64,000 nt of DNA from Chlorokybus atmophyticus (Eukaryota > Plantae > Mesostigma and Chlorokybus algae). A program made the position numbers and the translations under genes. Positions 42,037-54,523 of the stretch are shown here, piece by piece. Each line of letters begins with the position of its first letter. Position 1 is the stretch's first letter. The stretch spans positions 463,397 to 527,396 of the forward strand of contig RHPI01002368.1 in NCBI GenBank assembly GCA_009103225.1, written 5' to 3'. The notes beneath the pieces were generated by a model, which was not told the origin of the DNA, did not search any database, and worked only from the letters and a program-made list of their open reading frames with translations.

Positions 42037-42414
42037 TACGACGCACACACATTACCAAATGCCAATCACCAGCAGCACATACACAGCATGTGACACCGCA
42101 TCTCACGTACACCAACGGGTTACTCTACCTACGCTACCTACGCTACCTACGCGCCGTCCCCGTTTGACATACACGCATGCAATCGCTAGAATCATCACCT
42201 GCACCACGGTGCTTGGTCAGCGACCAGCCCTTGCAACGTCCATGACAGCAGCAGACTGCACCGACTCCCCTCCCTCCTCCACACCGCCGCCGCCGCCGCT
42301 CGACATCCTCTGTGTTTCTCTTTCCAAACCCTCGCCAGGCCGCAGTGTGCATACGTTAAACTTGCAGCATGCAATGCGTCAGCATGCCACACGTTAGCAG
42401 CGCAGTCGACTGGC
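42037..42414 (+). repeat. 378-bp repeat, apparently identical to 31926-32303, ending at an N
   Basis: Exact match; the copy ends at the single N at 42415. Confidence 0.9.
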
Positions 42415-43300
42415 NAACAGCATAAGGACATTGAACACATACCCAACAACAGTGTGACATTGTCGGTGTCGTGTTGTGTGTACAATCAAGGTTCAACGCT
42501 TAGCACAGCCTGACTCAGGTGGCATGAGCTCGAGTTTCCACCATGAACGCCTGCGCCGACGGGCGGCCAATGCACTTGCGTCCGCCGGTCCGCCGGTCGG
42601 GACCGCGGGGGGCGTCCCTCTCTGCTCCGCGCGGTCCCTGGTGCGGGACCGTGCGGGCTTCCTCCAACTCTTCGAAACCTGGATGGTACCTGGATATATG
42701 CTTCTTCTTCATCAAAGGCCCGGGGCAAGACAAAGCTGGCTTGCCTGGTCTCAGGCGGCGGCGGGCTGAATGTGTCGCTCGTGGCGAAGGGCTTGAGCTG
42801 TCTGCTTAGACACCGCAGCGTCCGTCTGCAACGCCTCGCATGCGCAAGGATAGGTGCTCTGCGTGATGTTGTGTGTGTTTCATGCAATGCACTGCTGATG
42901 GATGGTGCACAGCATGCACGTAAGCAAGCAGTCAACCCAATGCCTGCGCTTCGCCTCGTTCACTTACAGCTTTGCCGATCACTTTAAAACCTGTTCAGTG
43001 GCAGTCGTGTACTGCTTATTGTTGCTCGCTCCGGCACTGTGGGATCGGCTTGTCAGCGGCAGCATGCCTAGGCAAACACGTGATAGTGCTACTACTGGTG
43101 CTATGCTATGCTAGTCTAACTACGAGTACTCGCATAAGCAGAATTGCAGCAGCCTTTGATAGTCGTTGTGGTAGTCGCTCGCTGCCAGCAATTGCAGCGC
43201 TTGTAGGCTAGGAATCTCTGCTCAAGTTGTTGGTATGAGAAGCGTTTGTGTTCGTCTGAGGTTCGACTAAGCGTTCTCTGACCACATGTGAATTTTTCAG

Positions 43301-46300
43301 ATGGACGGAGTTAGTCCGCATTGGGGTATTGCGGCGACAGTTGTCAAGGAACTCGTGGCTGCTTTGGTCGGCAATGTGGCCACCGGTGGAGCGCTTGCCA
43401 TTGCCAACGGTGCAGCGAGCATATTGCTGGGCTTTGGCGATCTTGGTGTGCGGCTATACGAATGCAGCCACCAGAAGAGTGTTGTAAGGCAATACCAGCT
43501 GATCGAGTGTCAGCTGCGGGCTGTGCACGACAGTGTGTTGCAGAATTTCAGCAGCGTCGAAACGGCTCTCCGCGAAACACGTGTTGCCAGTGAGCATTAT
43601 GATGAATCCGTCAGGACCCTGCGAAGACAAATCAGTGCTAAATTCAGGCAGCAGGGGGAGTTTGCTGAGAAATTTGAAGCAAGCATGGCGCAGCAGATCG
43701 CAAGGCTCGTCAGCAAAGAGGAGCGCTTTCAGCTGGCAGGCTTGCAGGAGTTGATAGATATCATCTGCCAGGACTTTATCGCCTTCGTGCAAAGCTCTGA
43801 TCCAATGAATCGCAAACGCCTGTTTGACGCAGTTGGGAATAATGGCACTACAGTCCGTGCACGCGCTTTGACCATCGCAAAAGGCAGGAAAGACCTGAAC
43901 TCTTTCCCGTTTATTGTTGTGCGTATCGTGGTATTGAGCATGGAGGCAGCTGTGCAGAAGATGATGGGCTTTGACTTGGAGTGCCAGAGCAAGGTCCGCG
44001 CCGCGCTTGACCTGGTGTACGCTCAGGTAGATGCGATTTTGCCGGAGCTGCAGCGCGCTGGTTACTCCAATCTCGTCGAGCACAAGGCTGTGCTGGCATG
44101 GCTGTCTGTTGCTGGACAACGCCTGGCATCAGCAGATCAGTCAGGTGGGTGCATACGCTGCGCTAATCGCTAGCGAACATGGCAACGCAGGCGCTGGCCA
44201 GCATGTTAGCGTGCGTTTACGTAAGCATCCATGATGGTGTTCACATGTGCTTTGCCTGTGTGTACGTTGGTAACTTGCACTGTGCAGCAGGTACAAGCAC
44301 CGCAAATGTTGCGTTGATGGACCTGCTTGGGGACAGCATGGTTGAACCGCGTAAACATCATGTGGAAACCATGCTGATGGACTGTGATGCGGCAGCATTG
44401 TATGTTCACGCAGCCTTCGCTTGGCGAGGCACAGTGCAGGCGATCAGTGCAGACAACTACGTTGACCAGATGCTGCTAGCCATTGAACACGGCTTGCCAT
44501 CAGTTGTACAAATGGCCGTGTTGGGATTGGAGGCAGCAGCTCAAAGCACGAGTTTGCTGGACACATTGGTGAAGCGTCAGCATCTTCTTGAGAGGCTGCT
44601 GCACATCGCATGTGCAACGAATAGCACAGAGGACGCGCAAATTGCTGCTGCTCGGACAGTGCACGAGTTGGCTACAACTTCCTATGGTTGTGAGGCGATA
44701 GTTGCTATTCGAGGTGATGCGCAGGTGAAACAGACACTTGAGAAACAAGTCGTGAAAGATGGAAGCGCAGCGCTGCAGTGGAACTTGGCAGAAATTCTAA
44801 CACACACTAGTAGTGACACCAGTGGTCAAGTGCGCAGAGGTCATGTGCCAGCTGGGAGCTTTCAGCCTCACAACAGCAGGATTGCAGAATTGATCACCAA
44901 CGTGCGTCAAGGTATGCCAGTGGCGCGTGAGCGTGCAGCATCTGAACTGGCAGATCTTGTTGGTTCGCAAGGTGACGGCATGAGAAACACCATCGAGGAG
45001 AGAAAAGGCATTTGGGGACTGATAACGCTGCTGCATGATGGCAGCCCCGGTGCCAAAACACAGGCGGCCAGAGCATTGGGCGCGGTCATCAATAACAGCG
45101 CAGAAAACCTCTACTATTTCTGGAAGCTGGGGGGTTATCTGCCGTTGGTAGCTGTGCTGCGCGATGGCACACCAGGTGCTCAAGCACAGGCCGCAAAGAC
45201 ACTGCAGTTACTGGCTTTAAGTTCTTGCTACAGTGCAGGTACTGGTTTTCACAAAGGTGTCCTGCCGCAGCAGGCTGCGGTAGCTGCTGAGATTCTTGAA
45301 TTGGGCGGCATCAAAGCCTTAGTAACACTTGCGCAGCATGGTACGCTGCAAGGGAAGGCTTGCGCAGCAGCCGCTCTGGGCAGCTTGGCGTCAGTGGGCA
45401 GCACCAACGCTGTTTGCAACGCTGGCAGTATCCCTCCACTGGTGGCGCTGCTGTGCTTGCAGCAGAGCGATGGGGAGGACGACACAACAGTCATGAAAGC
45501 ACGCATAACCGCAGCTGAAGCGCTGAAGCCGATGATTGAAGACGAAGCAGCGCTGCAGCTCCTTTGTGACAAAAGAGGCATTGAGGGCTTCGTACAGCTC
45601 ATCCGGCAGGGCTCGCGCAGTGCACAGATAGTTGCTGCTGCAGTGCTAGAGCGTGCTGCGCAGAAGAATGACATTATTCGGTGCGCATTACGTAACGCTG
45701 GTGCCGTGGAAGAGCTTGCGTGGCTGTTGGGCGCTGATGATGCAGAATGCAGAAAACCTGCAGTAAACGCTCTCAGGTTTCTTTCCCTCAGTGGTGTCGT
45801 CAAAGATGACTTCCTTACTCGAGGGGCAATCAATGCGCTTGCTGCATTGCTGAGCAGCGAAAAAAGTTCAACATCGGAATGGAAGCTAGTTGCGTTGACT
45901 CTTACAGCGGTAGTGGAAGGTCACAACACCAATCAGCGTGCAATGCTGGACTTGATGCCAGAGTTGGCGCCTATTTTGGTAGGGCTGCACAGTGACACAC
46001 CATCTGTATGGGAGGTTGCCGCAGGCCTGCTGAGGTGGTTGCTACATGACAGCGCTCAGAAAGAGCTGGTTTGCCTATTAACAAACATTGTACCGCTGCT
46101 GAATTTGCTGTGGGAGGGCACAGGTGATGGACCAAAACACGTGATGCACATTATGTATAAGGTGGCAATTGATAGTGAAGAACCTCACCGAAGGGCGGTC
46201 ATGGCTCCGCTTGTGGACTCCCTATGCAGCGCTGAACGGACAAGCCAGAGCAAGCACAAGCGAACCATCGAAGCACTTGCAGTCATTCTCTCGCAATCGT

Positions 46301-46746
46301 CGAACGAGGATCCCATCAGGGAAGAGATGCTTCAGATCAATGTGAACAGCATCAAGTCCCTGATACAGGTGGCTGAGCAAGAGCGCAACGACCAGACAGT
46401 TCAGCAGAATGTTGCAAAGGTTTTGGAAGCTTTGGTACCTAGCAGCAAACCCAACAGGCAAGCTGTTGTTGCTGCAAATGCTATACCACTGTTGGTGAAG
46501 ATGCTGCGCGATCAAGATGGCACTGCTCAAAGCGCAGCTGCAGCACTTGCAATCCTGGCCCCGTGGAACAAGTTAAACATTCGAAGAGCAGAAGGCATTA
46601 AGGGCCTGTACGAGCTGAAATACACACGCACAGGCACGAAGGCAGCAGCAGCTGCAGAGGGTGCATTGCAGGCGCTAACAGACGGGTATTGGCCGAAATC
46701 GATACTCAACAGGAGACAACTAAAAAAGCTGCAAAATGACGCTTGA
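43301..46746 (+). CDS. Large (about 1100 aa) armadillo-repeat protein with an unidentified N-terminal helical domain; one internal intron
   Basis: The ORFs starting at 43301 and 44179 join through an intron at about 44145-44290 (TCAG|GTGGGT ... GCAG|GTACA) in phase. ARM-like repeats: GIWGLITLLHDGSPGAKTQAARALG, GGYLPLVAVLRDGTPGAQAQAAKTL, GGIKALVTLAQHGTLQGKACAAAALGSL, GSIPPLVALL, NAIPLLVKMLRDQDGTAQSAAAALAIL. The ATG follows a TTTTTCAG acceptor, so an upstream exon is possible. Confidence 0.8.
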
Positions 46747-47384
46747 AGCTGCTTGAAGCTTGCGGGGATCAGGCGGGATATGTCAAATAGCTTGTGCACC
46801 TGCTTGTTGCTTCTCCGACCGACTATTCCAATTTGTGCTTGCTTGACGAACTGTGGATTCCCATACCACTTGCGCTCTTTGTAACTGATATGTAAATAAG
46901 GTTTTTGCAATGATGGCAACCCCCTTTGTTGCGCTAAATCATCCTCTAAACCTGCACGGTACTTAGCTGGCACAACCAGCAAGGACGTTGCTAATTCATG
47001 TCATACACAGCTTGCGCTCATTGGTTTTAAACATTGCTGGCACATTCTCAAAATCATGAGCGCCAGCTCCTCACGGTCATGAAAGGGGCATGTGCGCCTT
47101 TCACATCTCTCAGCAGTCACCATTCTCTTGCAGATGTTTGCTCCCCAAGAGACAACTTGAGCGCGGCGATAAGCATTAATAAGCACACGAACCATAGCTT
47201 ACGGTTCATCTGTGCAGGCCGCTGCCATGATCACCATCGCATGTTCCACCACACACCAATTGGCATGCTATAAAGAGACCGACGCAACAAGCGTTCAAGT
47301 CCTACGCGTTGCCACGCTTGCGGCAAATGCTATCAGTTGTTCAAGTTGACAAGCGTCATTGCTTATGCTACGCATTGCCCGTCG

Positions 47385-47615
47385 CTCTCCACCCGCGAGC
47401 TAACTCGCCGTCACGAAACAGCCACCGCCGTACATACTCATTCCTCTCACCGCCTCCTCCACCTGGTCGTCCTCCTCCTCCTCGTCGGTGGCCTCAGCGG
47501 CGGCGGCAAAGGCTAAGGCTAAGGTTTAGCCGCTAAGCGCAAGGTGAATGTTAGCGCAAGGCGTTGGCGGGAGAATAGCGCAGCATAGCTTTATTTGGTT
47601 TTTGCCGCGCTTGTA
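47385..47615 (-). pseudogene. Inverted, truncated copy of the RPA32 promoter, 5' UTR and first codons
   Basis: The reverse complement reads ...AAGCGCGGCAAAAA...CTTAGCCT..GCCGCCGC..CCGACGAGGAGGAGGA...GAGGAATGAGTATGTACGGCGGTGG..GACGGCGAGTTAG, matching 6954-7145. ATG at 47441. A codon is lost and CAG has become TAG. Confidence 0.85.
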
Positions 47616-48885
47616 AAAAGGGGGCTGGTTGTGTGATTTTGAAGGTGAATTACGCCGATATCAGAGCAGTATCCGTGACTCGAGACGGATGTCGAGAGTT
47701 TCAGACCACATCAGCAGCGTCTGGACGTGGTCTATGAGAAACTTTCATTATATATCGTGAGTCGCCTCGTTACATAATTTGCCAAAGTGCAGATTTCACC
47801 TGCAGCTTCTACGATTATTACTTGCATTACAGGCCATCCACTATATCGAACAGTGTACGACGAATACGTATGCAATCGAATGATTCGGCTGTTGACCATG
47901 TTTGATGACGCAGTAACTATAGCGTGTAATCAATTAGCGTTAAAGGGTAGAGTGGATTAGTTAGAACGAGGGTGAGTAGTGGCGGCATGTCTTTGGGGTA
48001 TGGGGCCTGCCCCGACCTCGTACCGCCAAAAACGCGGCCGTTTTAACCACTAACTGTGCCGCAATTGCACCAGATCCCTAGCAATTTTGGGTCGCCGTTG
48101 GTAAGCGGTTGCCGCTTAGATATGTTTCAGCATCTTTTACGCATCTTTGCAATGATAGGCCATTTCGCTGCCTTTTTGAGCAACTGGCTGTTGTCACCGT
48201 TGCGGTTCCATTTAATCAAATTCATGCGTGACCAAATGGTGGCCTAACGATACAATTTTTCGTTTAGTTGAATCTTAACGTTAAGTTAATTTAGGTTAGC
48301 ATTATTTTGATGGTCGTAACCTCGGTATTATTTACTGAATATCGCAGCACGTACCGTGGCGTGAACGTTACGTTAATTATTAAGTTTTGAAACACTTAAC
48401 AGCATTTGCTAATCATATCGCACCATGTTGCACCATATTGCACCATATTTATCAATATTAAAAATGTAACACATTAAAATGATCAACATGCAGCCATAAG
48501 CGGCCATGTATGCAGAACTGTGCTTAATTTTACATTTATTGGCAAGCGCTTAAACAATTGGATGTGCCTTGGACGGCCAAGATCGTGTTTGAGCAGATCT
48601 AACGGTGTAACGCTTGTCCTCGCCGTCTAGCCAATGAGAAGCAGGCGGGTCGCACATACTGCCGCGCAGCCCTGCAGTCGCGGGTGCCGTGTGATGGCCC
48701 TGACGCGGGATGTGTGATGTAGGTTGAATGCCGACAGGCCGGCCGGCCCGACCAATAGGCGTGATGGGCGTAATGAATCTGCGCTGATAGCATATATATG
48801 CTCTTAACGTTCAAGAGCATAACCCTGTCCAAGAGCATACGATTTTTGAGGATAATAGTATGCTCTTACAAAAGGGTAGACTATA

Positions 48886-49389
48886 TAGTCTATCCCCGTT
48901 AAAAGACTTCGGTTTATGAGAATAACCCCGTTGAGATCATAGATTTGCAGAAGACTAATGGTTTCACAGGCAAATATCATCGGTTAGTGGAATAGTTTTG
49001 TACGCAATAAGACTACAACGGAAGGTTAATCTTTTGAGTGAGCTCAGTCTTGTTACAAGGGAATACCTCGTTAATAGCATGTTTATTTTAATTTTATAAG
49101 CATAACATGTTAAAAGACTCATATAGTTACGTAGACTCATATATAGACTTATATATAGTTACGTACATACTATAAATATTCAATTTATTGTTGACTATTG
49201 TTGATTTAATGTATGCCACGTTACAATGTAATAACGTGGCTTACGGTTATTTCGCAATGCCCCTGTTAATAAAATATATATTATGTAAAAAATAAAGTAG
49301 TATATAGTATTGTAAACGCCAAGAGAATAACCCCGATGATGGAATGAAAGCTGAAAGATACACGTGATTTGTATAGCGGAGGTAGACTG
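48886..49389. mobile_element. TA-flanked MITE (Tc1/mariner-type TIR), diverged copy; abuts the right end of another copy ending at 48883
   Basis: Left end TAGTCTATCCCC and right end GGAGGTAGACTG|TA; preceded by GGGTAGACTA|TA. Confidence 0.6.
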
Positions 49390-49439
49390 TAAAGTTAAGG
49401 TACATAGTTGTACCTAATTATATTGAAACATTTATTGTA

Positions 49440-49907
49440 CAGTCTACCCCTTTTAATAGCATTCTGTTTATTTTTAAAGATAGTTTGCTCCTGGCGGGGT
49501 TATGCTCTTGGCGATAAATAGTGTAATATGCTCTTAAACATTAAGAGCATCTGTATGCTATAAAGCAGTTTAATACGCCCATCACGCCCATTACATCACG
49601 CGCATTACGTCACGTCTATTATGCCATCACGCTCATTACGCTGATTACGTGTTGCACTGTATCCCATCACGCCTTGTCCATCACACTCATTACGCCTGAT
49701 GACAAACCCGTCACGCGCTACTCCCTCAATGTTATGAATATGCACACTTACATTTGCAAAAATGTCATGAAAAATAATATGCTCTTCGCGGTTAGTCATA
49801 TTCTCTGAAGCATTAACATTTGCCTTTAGCATCGTTGGTGATCTCACAACGCATGCTACAAGCGGGGTTATTCTCCTGGAGCAAAGTCTTTTAGCGGGGG
49901 TGGACTG
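49440..49907 (-). mobile_element. 468-bp MITE with TIR CAGTCTACCCC and TA target duplication
   Basis: TA|CAGTCTACCCC ... GGGGGTGGACTG|TA; its reverse complement aligns end to end with 54052-54523. Confidence 0.85.
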
Positions 49908-50545
49908 TATAATGCACACATGACGCATATGTGCACCGTGCATGTTGTGGTAAAAATGTATTTCTTTTATTCATTCGCATACTTTGTGCAATTGCACGAT
50001 ATGGGGATGTGCTTTGGAAGGTTGAGATTTGTTTAACACAAATCGAATGGCCGATAGCTGATAAACGTCGCATAGCCAATGACAGGCAGGCGGGCTACTC
50101 GGTATGCGCGGCAGGCATGTAGTCTCGGCTGATGGCCCACAGTGCGCGTGATGTGTCTTTGTGCCCTAATGCCGGCCTCCCGGCCGGCCGGCCGGCCCAG
50201 TCACACGCCCAATCAGCCGCACCGCTAGTTTCTATTGTACTATACATGAATCAGTAGTGGTATTCACAATAATATTGTAAGCATAACTCGTGATACCACA
50301 TACAATACTTTCATTATGCAACTCGGGGCGTTGTCGTGCAAGGAAGCTTCGGCTGCGGGGTATCACACGGCTTGACGTTGAAGGACCATGCATGGTGCTT
50401 CAACGTCCTTTCACGGACCCCGCGGACCATGCATGATCCGTATCCGGCGGGCCAGGACTGCCTGGACCGCGGGGGATGGACCGTTTCTGGTCCATTCGGG
50501 GCCCCGTGGCCCGTGACTGGCTGGCGCGGCGACGCGCACCACGTA

Positions 50546-50583
50546 TGGTCCGTGCCGCACCATTCATGGTGCGGCACGGACCA
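50546..50583. repeat. Perfect 17-bp GC-rich hairpin
   Basis: TGGTCCGTGCCGCACCA-TTCA-TGGTGCGGCACGGACCA; degenerate relatives near 50650-50680 and 51660-51695. Confidence 0.9.
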
Positions 50584-50779
50584 GTGCTGTACTCTGGCCC
50601 TTGAATGCGGACCAGGTGCGGTCCCGCAGTCCTGTGGCCCTACTAGCACGCACCGTACATGGTGCCGCACGGACCAGTGACCGCGGCCCTGCCGCTCATC
50701 ATGAGTAGGTAGCACCAACCTATGTAAGGTACAATAGATTGCCTAAATGCCTGATTGCACAAGTGCACTTAACGTGTTA

Positions 50780-52560
50780 ACTGACAAGCCGCACCGACTG
50801 TCGGCTATACACCCGTGGACAGCCGCAAGTGGATAGCCGCAAATGGTCGGCGGCTGATTGACAGCCGGCCGACTGTCAATTAAGCTGTAAGGGGCTGTCT
50901 ATGCAATCAACATGCTTCATAGTACCGTACGTGTATTTGCAAAAATTTATGGACATGCATCAATAACATGTTTTATGCGTTTATCTAAGTGTCTACGTAT
51001 ATATGAACATTATACATGTGTATACGTCAATGCATTATATAGTATATATATATGTTAAAGTGTGCACAAATGAATCCAATCTTATACGCATAGATACACA
51101 GGTTTAAATGGTTATGTTAGTAGTATATAGGGTGAGCCGTATACAAGGTATGTCTCATACAAAAACTCGTACAAGAAGTAAACATAAATTACGTCATTTT
51201 ATAATAGCCTTTCATGAGACCGCAGAATGATTGATAGCCCCAACCAAGCTTTGTGTCCAACCAGCCAGTAAATACCTACGTTGGTGCCGCAATGCGCTTT
51301 TGATATTTATATCGTGTAAACGTATATGTATATATACACGTTTACACGATATTAATATATATATATACGTGTACATGATATAATACTATGCACGAATGCT
51401 TACATATATACACATGTAGGTGTGTGTATGCGCACGCAAGCAGGATGTTGACAACCCCTAACAAGGTTACATACTCATGGACAGCCCCCAACAAAGCATT
51501 GTACTTTACAAACCTTGGCAGCCGCCGAGTTGCGTCTGTCTGTGTCATCAATGATGACCTAAATAATGTAAGATAGCGGAGAATAAAGGGTATGCTCTTA
51601 AAGGGGTAAGACTGCACGTCCCGCGGCCCTGTGGTCCTGCGGTCGCGCACCGCACCTGGTTTGTGCCGCACCGTGTATGGTGCGGCACGGACCAATGACT
51701 TTGCTGGTCTGTGGCGTATTTCTAGTACATTTATATTACTAGCAACATCTTGAATGTAGATACTATTAGGCCCGGTTGAACTCTGGACTTATTGACAGGC
51801 CGCCCCGACTGCCGCAAAATGCTCACCGACAAGTGGACAGCCGCAAATGGTCGGCAGCTAGCCGCGCTGTCAATAAAGCTGTAAGAATCTGTGCAATAAA
51901 CATGATTTGTACATGCATAAAGTTGTGAACATCTATTGTAAAAATGTGCTTTGCAACTGTTCTTATGGATATATGAATGTGTACACATAAATACATATAT
52001 ACACATATACAATATGTACGATGTAGATACTTATGAACATATCGGGTCCTATCAGTCACATGTATTGTAACAGCGCGCAGTACTTAATAAAGTGTTATTT
52101 ATATTAATCGATAGTCAAAATTCCATTATTATACAATTCGTAAATGTCAGCATTTTGCTTAAGTTTTGTTCATTCGTGTGTATACAAAGTGTGTGGATAT
52201 TACTAATATACAACAGATCATCAATGCCAACTGCTACAGTAGCCCCTTATTTGACTACGAGATAATCAATAGCCGCTCACAAAGCACTACATATATAATT
52301 GGCCGATAAAATCGCATATTAATTTGTATTATTAATAGTACATGCATATACACATAATTAAACTTATATATATATGCTATAAATATATGTGTCGTTATGT
52401 GTAGGCTAATATCTGCTGTAAATAGGGCGTCAATAACAGCCTCCAACAAGAGTTCATAATTGTGGACAGCCCCCGCCCATGTCTGACTTATGCAATACCC
52501 TGGCAGCCGCCGAGTTGCGGCTATTTATTGGACAGTGTCGTCCATTGTCGTCTATGAATG
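50780..52560 (+). repeat. Degenerate direct duplication with a period of about 1 kb
   Basis: CAAGTGGA[T/C]AGCCGCAAATGGTCGGC..CTGTCAATA.AGCTGTAAG occurs at about 50826 and 51829; TGGCAGCCGCCGAGTTGCG occurs at about 51516 and 52501. Confidence 0.65.
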
Positions 52561-54051
52561 ATGCGATAGTGGGCTCAGGCTGGGCCTGTCAATCCTTTTA
52601 TGCAAGTTCATTGTGCTCTAGATGTGCTTGGCGACTGTCGACGACAACAATACCGACGCCGACAGTCGCCAAGCGGCCGTCGGCGCAATAAAGCATGTAC
52701 CAAAGGATTTCGCGATCTTTGCCGGTACGTGCACATGTAGCTTAATGGTTGAGGCGTCGTGTTTGTATGCTAAAGCAGTCGGACCGCCCGAGGGGGGTTT
52801 CACTGCTAACCATCTTGCAAGTCCTGCGCGCGCGGACGAGGCGGACCCCGTTGTGTCGTGTTGAGTCCGCGAGGAGTCCACCAGAATTGTGGCCTGTCAA
52901 GTCCGAGTGGTTCTCGTTTTGTCGTGCAAGGCAGTGGGGTGAGTCGCCGAATTGTTTGCTGACCCAACCGGCCTGCTAAGTCGCGGGCTCGGTCGCGAGT
53001 CTTGCAATGTCGGTGATGTTCCTCGAGAGTCCGCATGCTGCCGACGGAAGTCGCGGCATTTATCACGATAATATCTGTTCTACGATTATATCGCGGCAAG
53101 TCCACACGGACCCTGTTGGACCCTTTTGCCAGACCAGGCCAGGGCGCCTGGCGGCCTGACGGCCTGGTAGCTAGTTCTCCCAAACGGCGCCACCAGAGCC
53201 GGCGCTGACTGGCTGGTCAGCTCCAGCGCCGCCCATATACCCTAATCAACTTATGTTAACGTTGCCGCCGCCACTCCCTGCAACACCCAATGACGCCGCC
53301 CTCCCCGCCCAGCATGAGCAGGCGGTGGCCCAGCGCCTCCGAGCAGATGCGCGTGGACACCCCGCGAACCGGCTGGGCTAGCAGCGCCGATAAATCGCGT
53401 GGTTACCATCGGATAGTTGTAATAAAGTGCATTCACACTCAAATTCACCGAGCCAAATTCCGCACCATTTCGCAAGGACCGCTTCGACATCCGCCGACAC
53501 GCCAAGTCCGGTCGCGTCACGTCTTAGCGGAATTGCGCATTTAGCGCTGCCGGTGGACCGGCCAATCCACACGACATGACAAGCCCAAACACTGCGACTC
53601 AGAGGGAACCCCTCGGACCCACGCCCTTTCGCACGACATCGACACGACCGTTGTTGCAAGATGAAACCCCTCCGGCGGTCCGACTGAAAGGTGCAGGGTT
53701 TGAATCCTCGTGAACGCATGCGTTCTGGGCGAATCATGTAATAACGCCGCGGCCTCGTACGCCGTAATTCGGGCTTGGCCGGTGCTAGGGTCCTATGGGC
53801 TTAAGATCAAGCGACATGTACTGCATGTGCACTCAATTCTCTTTGCTGATACTGTATGAATCGGTCCATGGTCCGCTGGCTGGACCAGTGTTGATGAAAT
53901 CAATGTAATAAATGAATTATTTGTTGTGAGTTGGTCCCTGGTCCGCTGCTCGGACGCTACCTGGTCCTCACGCGATCGAAATGCGCCAGACCGTGGTGCG
54001 ACCCCCAAAAAACATGGCTTCATTCACGTGAACTCGGACCATAGGGGCCTA

Positions 54052-54523
54052 CAGTCTACCCCCGCTAAGAGACTTTGCTCCAAGAGAATAACCCCGCTTA
54101 TAGCATAGAGTTTGAGATTACCAATGATTCTACAGGCAAACGTTGGTGCTTAAGAGAATATGACTAACCGCGAAGAGCATATTTTTTTATTTAAAATCTT
54201 GCTAATTTGAGTGTGCATATTCCTAACATTGAGGGAGTAGCGCGTGACGGGTGTGGCATGATGGTGGCGTGATGAGCGTGATAGACAAGACGTGATGGGT
54301 AAAGTGTAACGCGTTATTAGCGTGATGAGCGTGATGGCATAATAGATGTGACGTGATGCGTGTGACGTAATGTGCGTGATGGGCGTGACGAAACCGCGTT
54401 TGTAGTATATATATGCTCTTAATGTTCAAGAGCATATTATGCTCTTGGACGCCAAGAGCATAACCCCGCCAAGAGCATACGATCTTGGAGGATGAATAGT
54501 GTGCTCTTAATGAGGGTAGACTG
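54052..54523 (+). mobile_element. 472-bp MITE with TIR CAGTCTACCCC and TA target duplication
   Basis: TA|CAGTCTACCCCC ... GAGGGTAGACTG|TA; internal AAGAGCAT/ATGCTCTT and TAACCCCG repeats. Confidence 0.85.

Noticed and set aside
42476-42935. GC-rich overlapping short ORFs upstream of the ARM gene
   Set aside because: No recognisable product; the GGACC-rich sequence resembles the repeat modules at 50-54 kb
46527-46982. Antisense ORF with KYRAGLEDD, superficially like T7 endonuclease I
   Set aside because: Lacks the downstream PD-(D/E)xK catalytic motifs and overlaps the ARM gene end
53660-53725. tRNA-like GGGTTTGAATCC B-box
   Set aside because: No cloverleaf or A-box could be built around it
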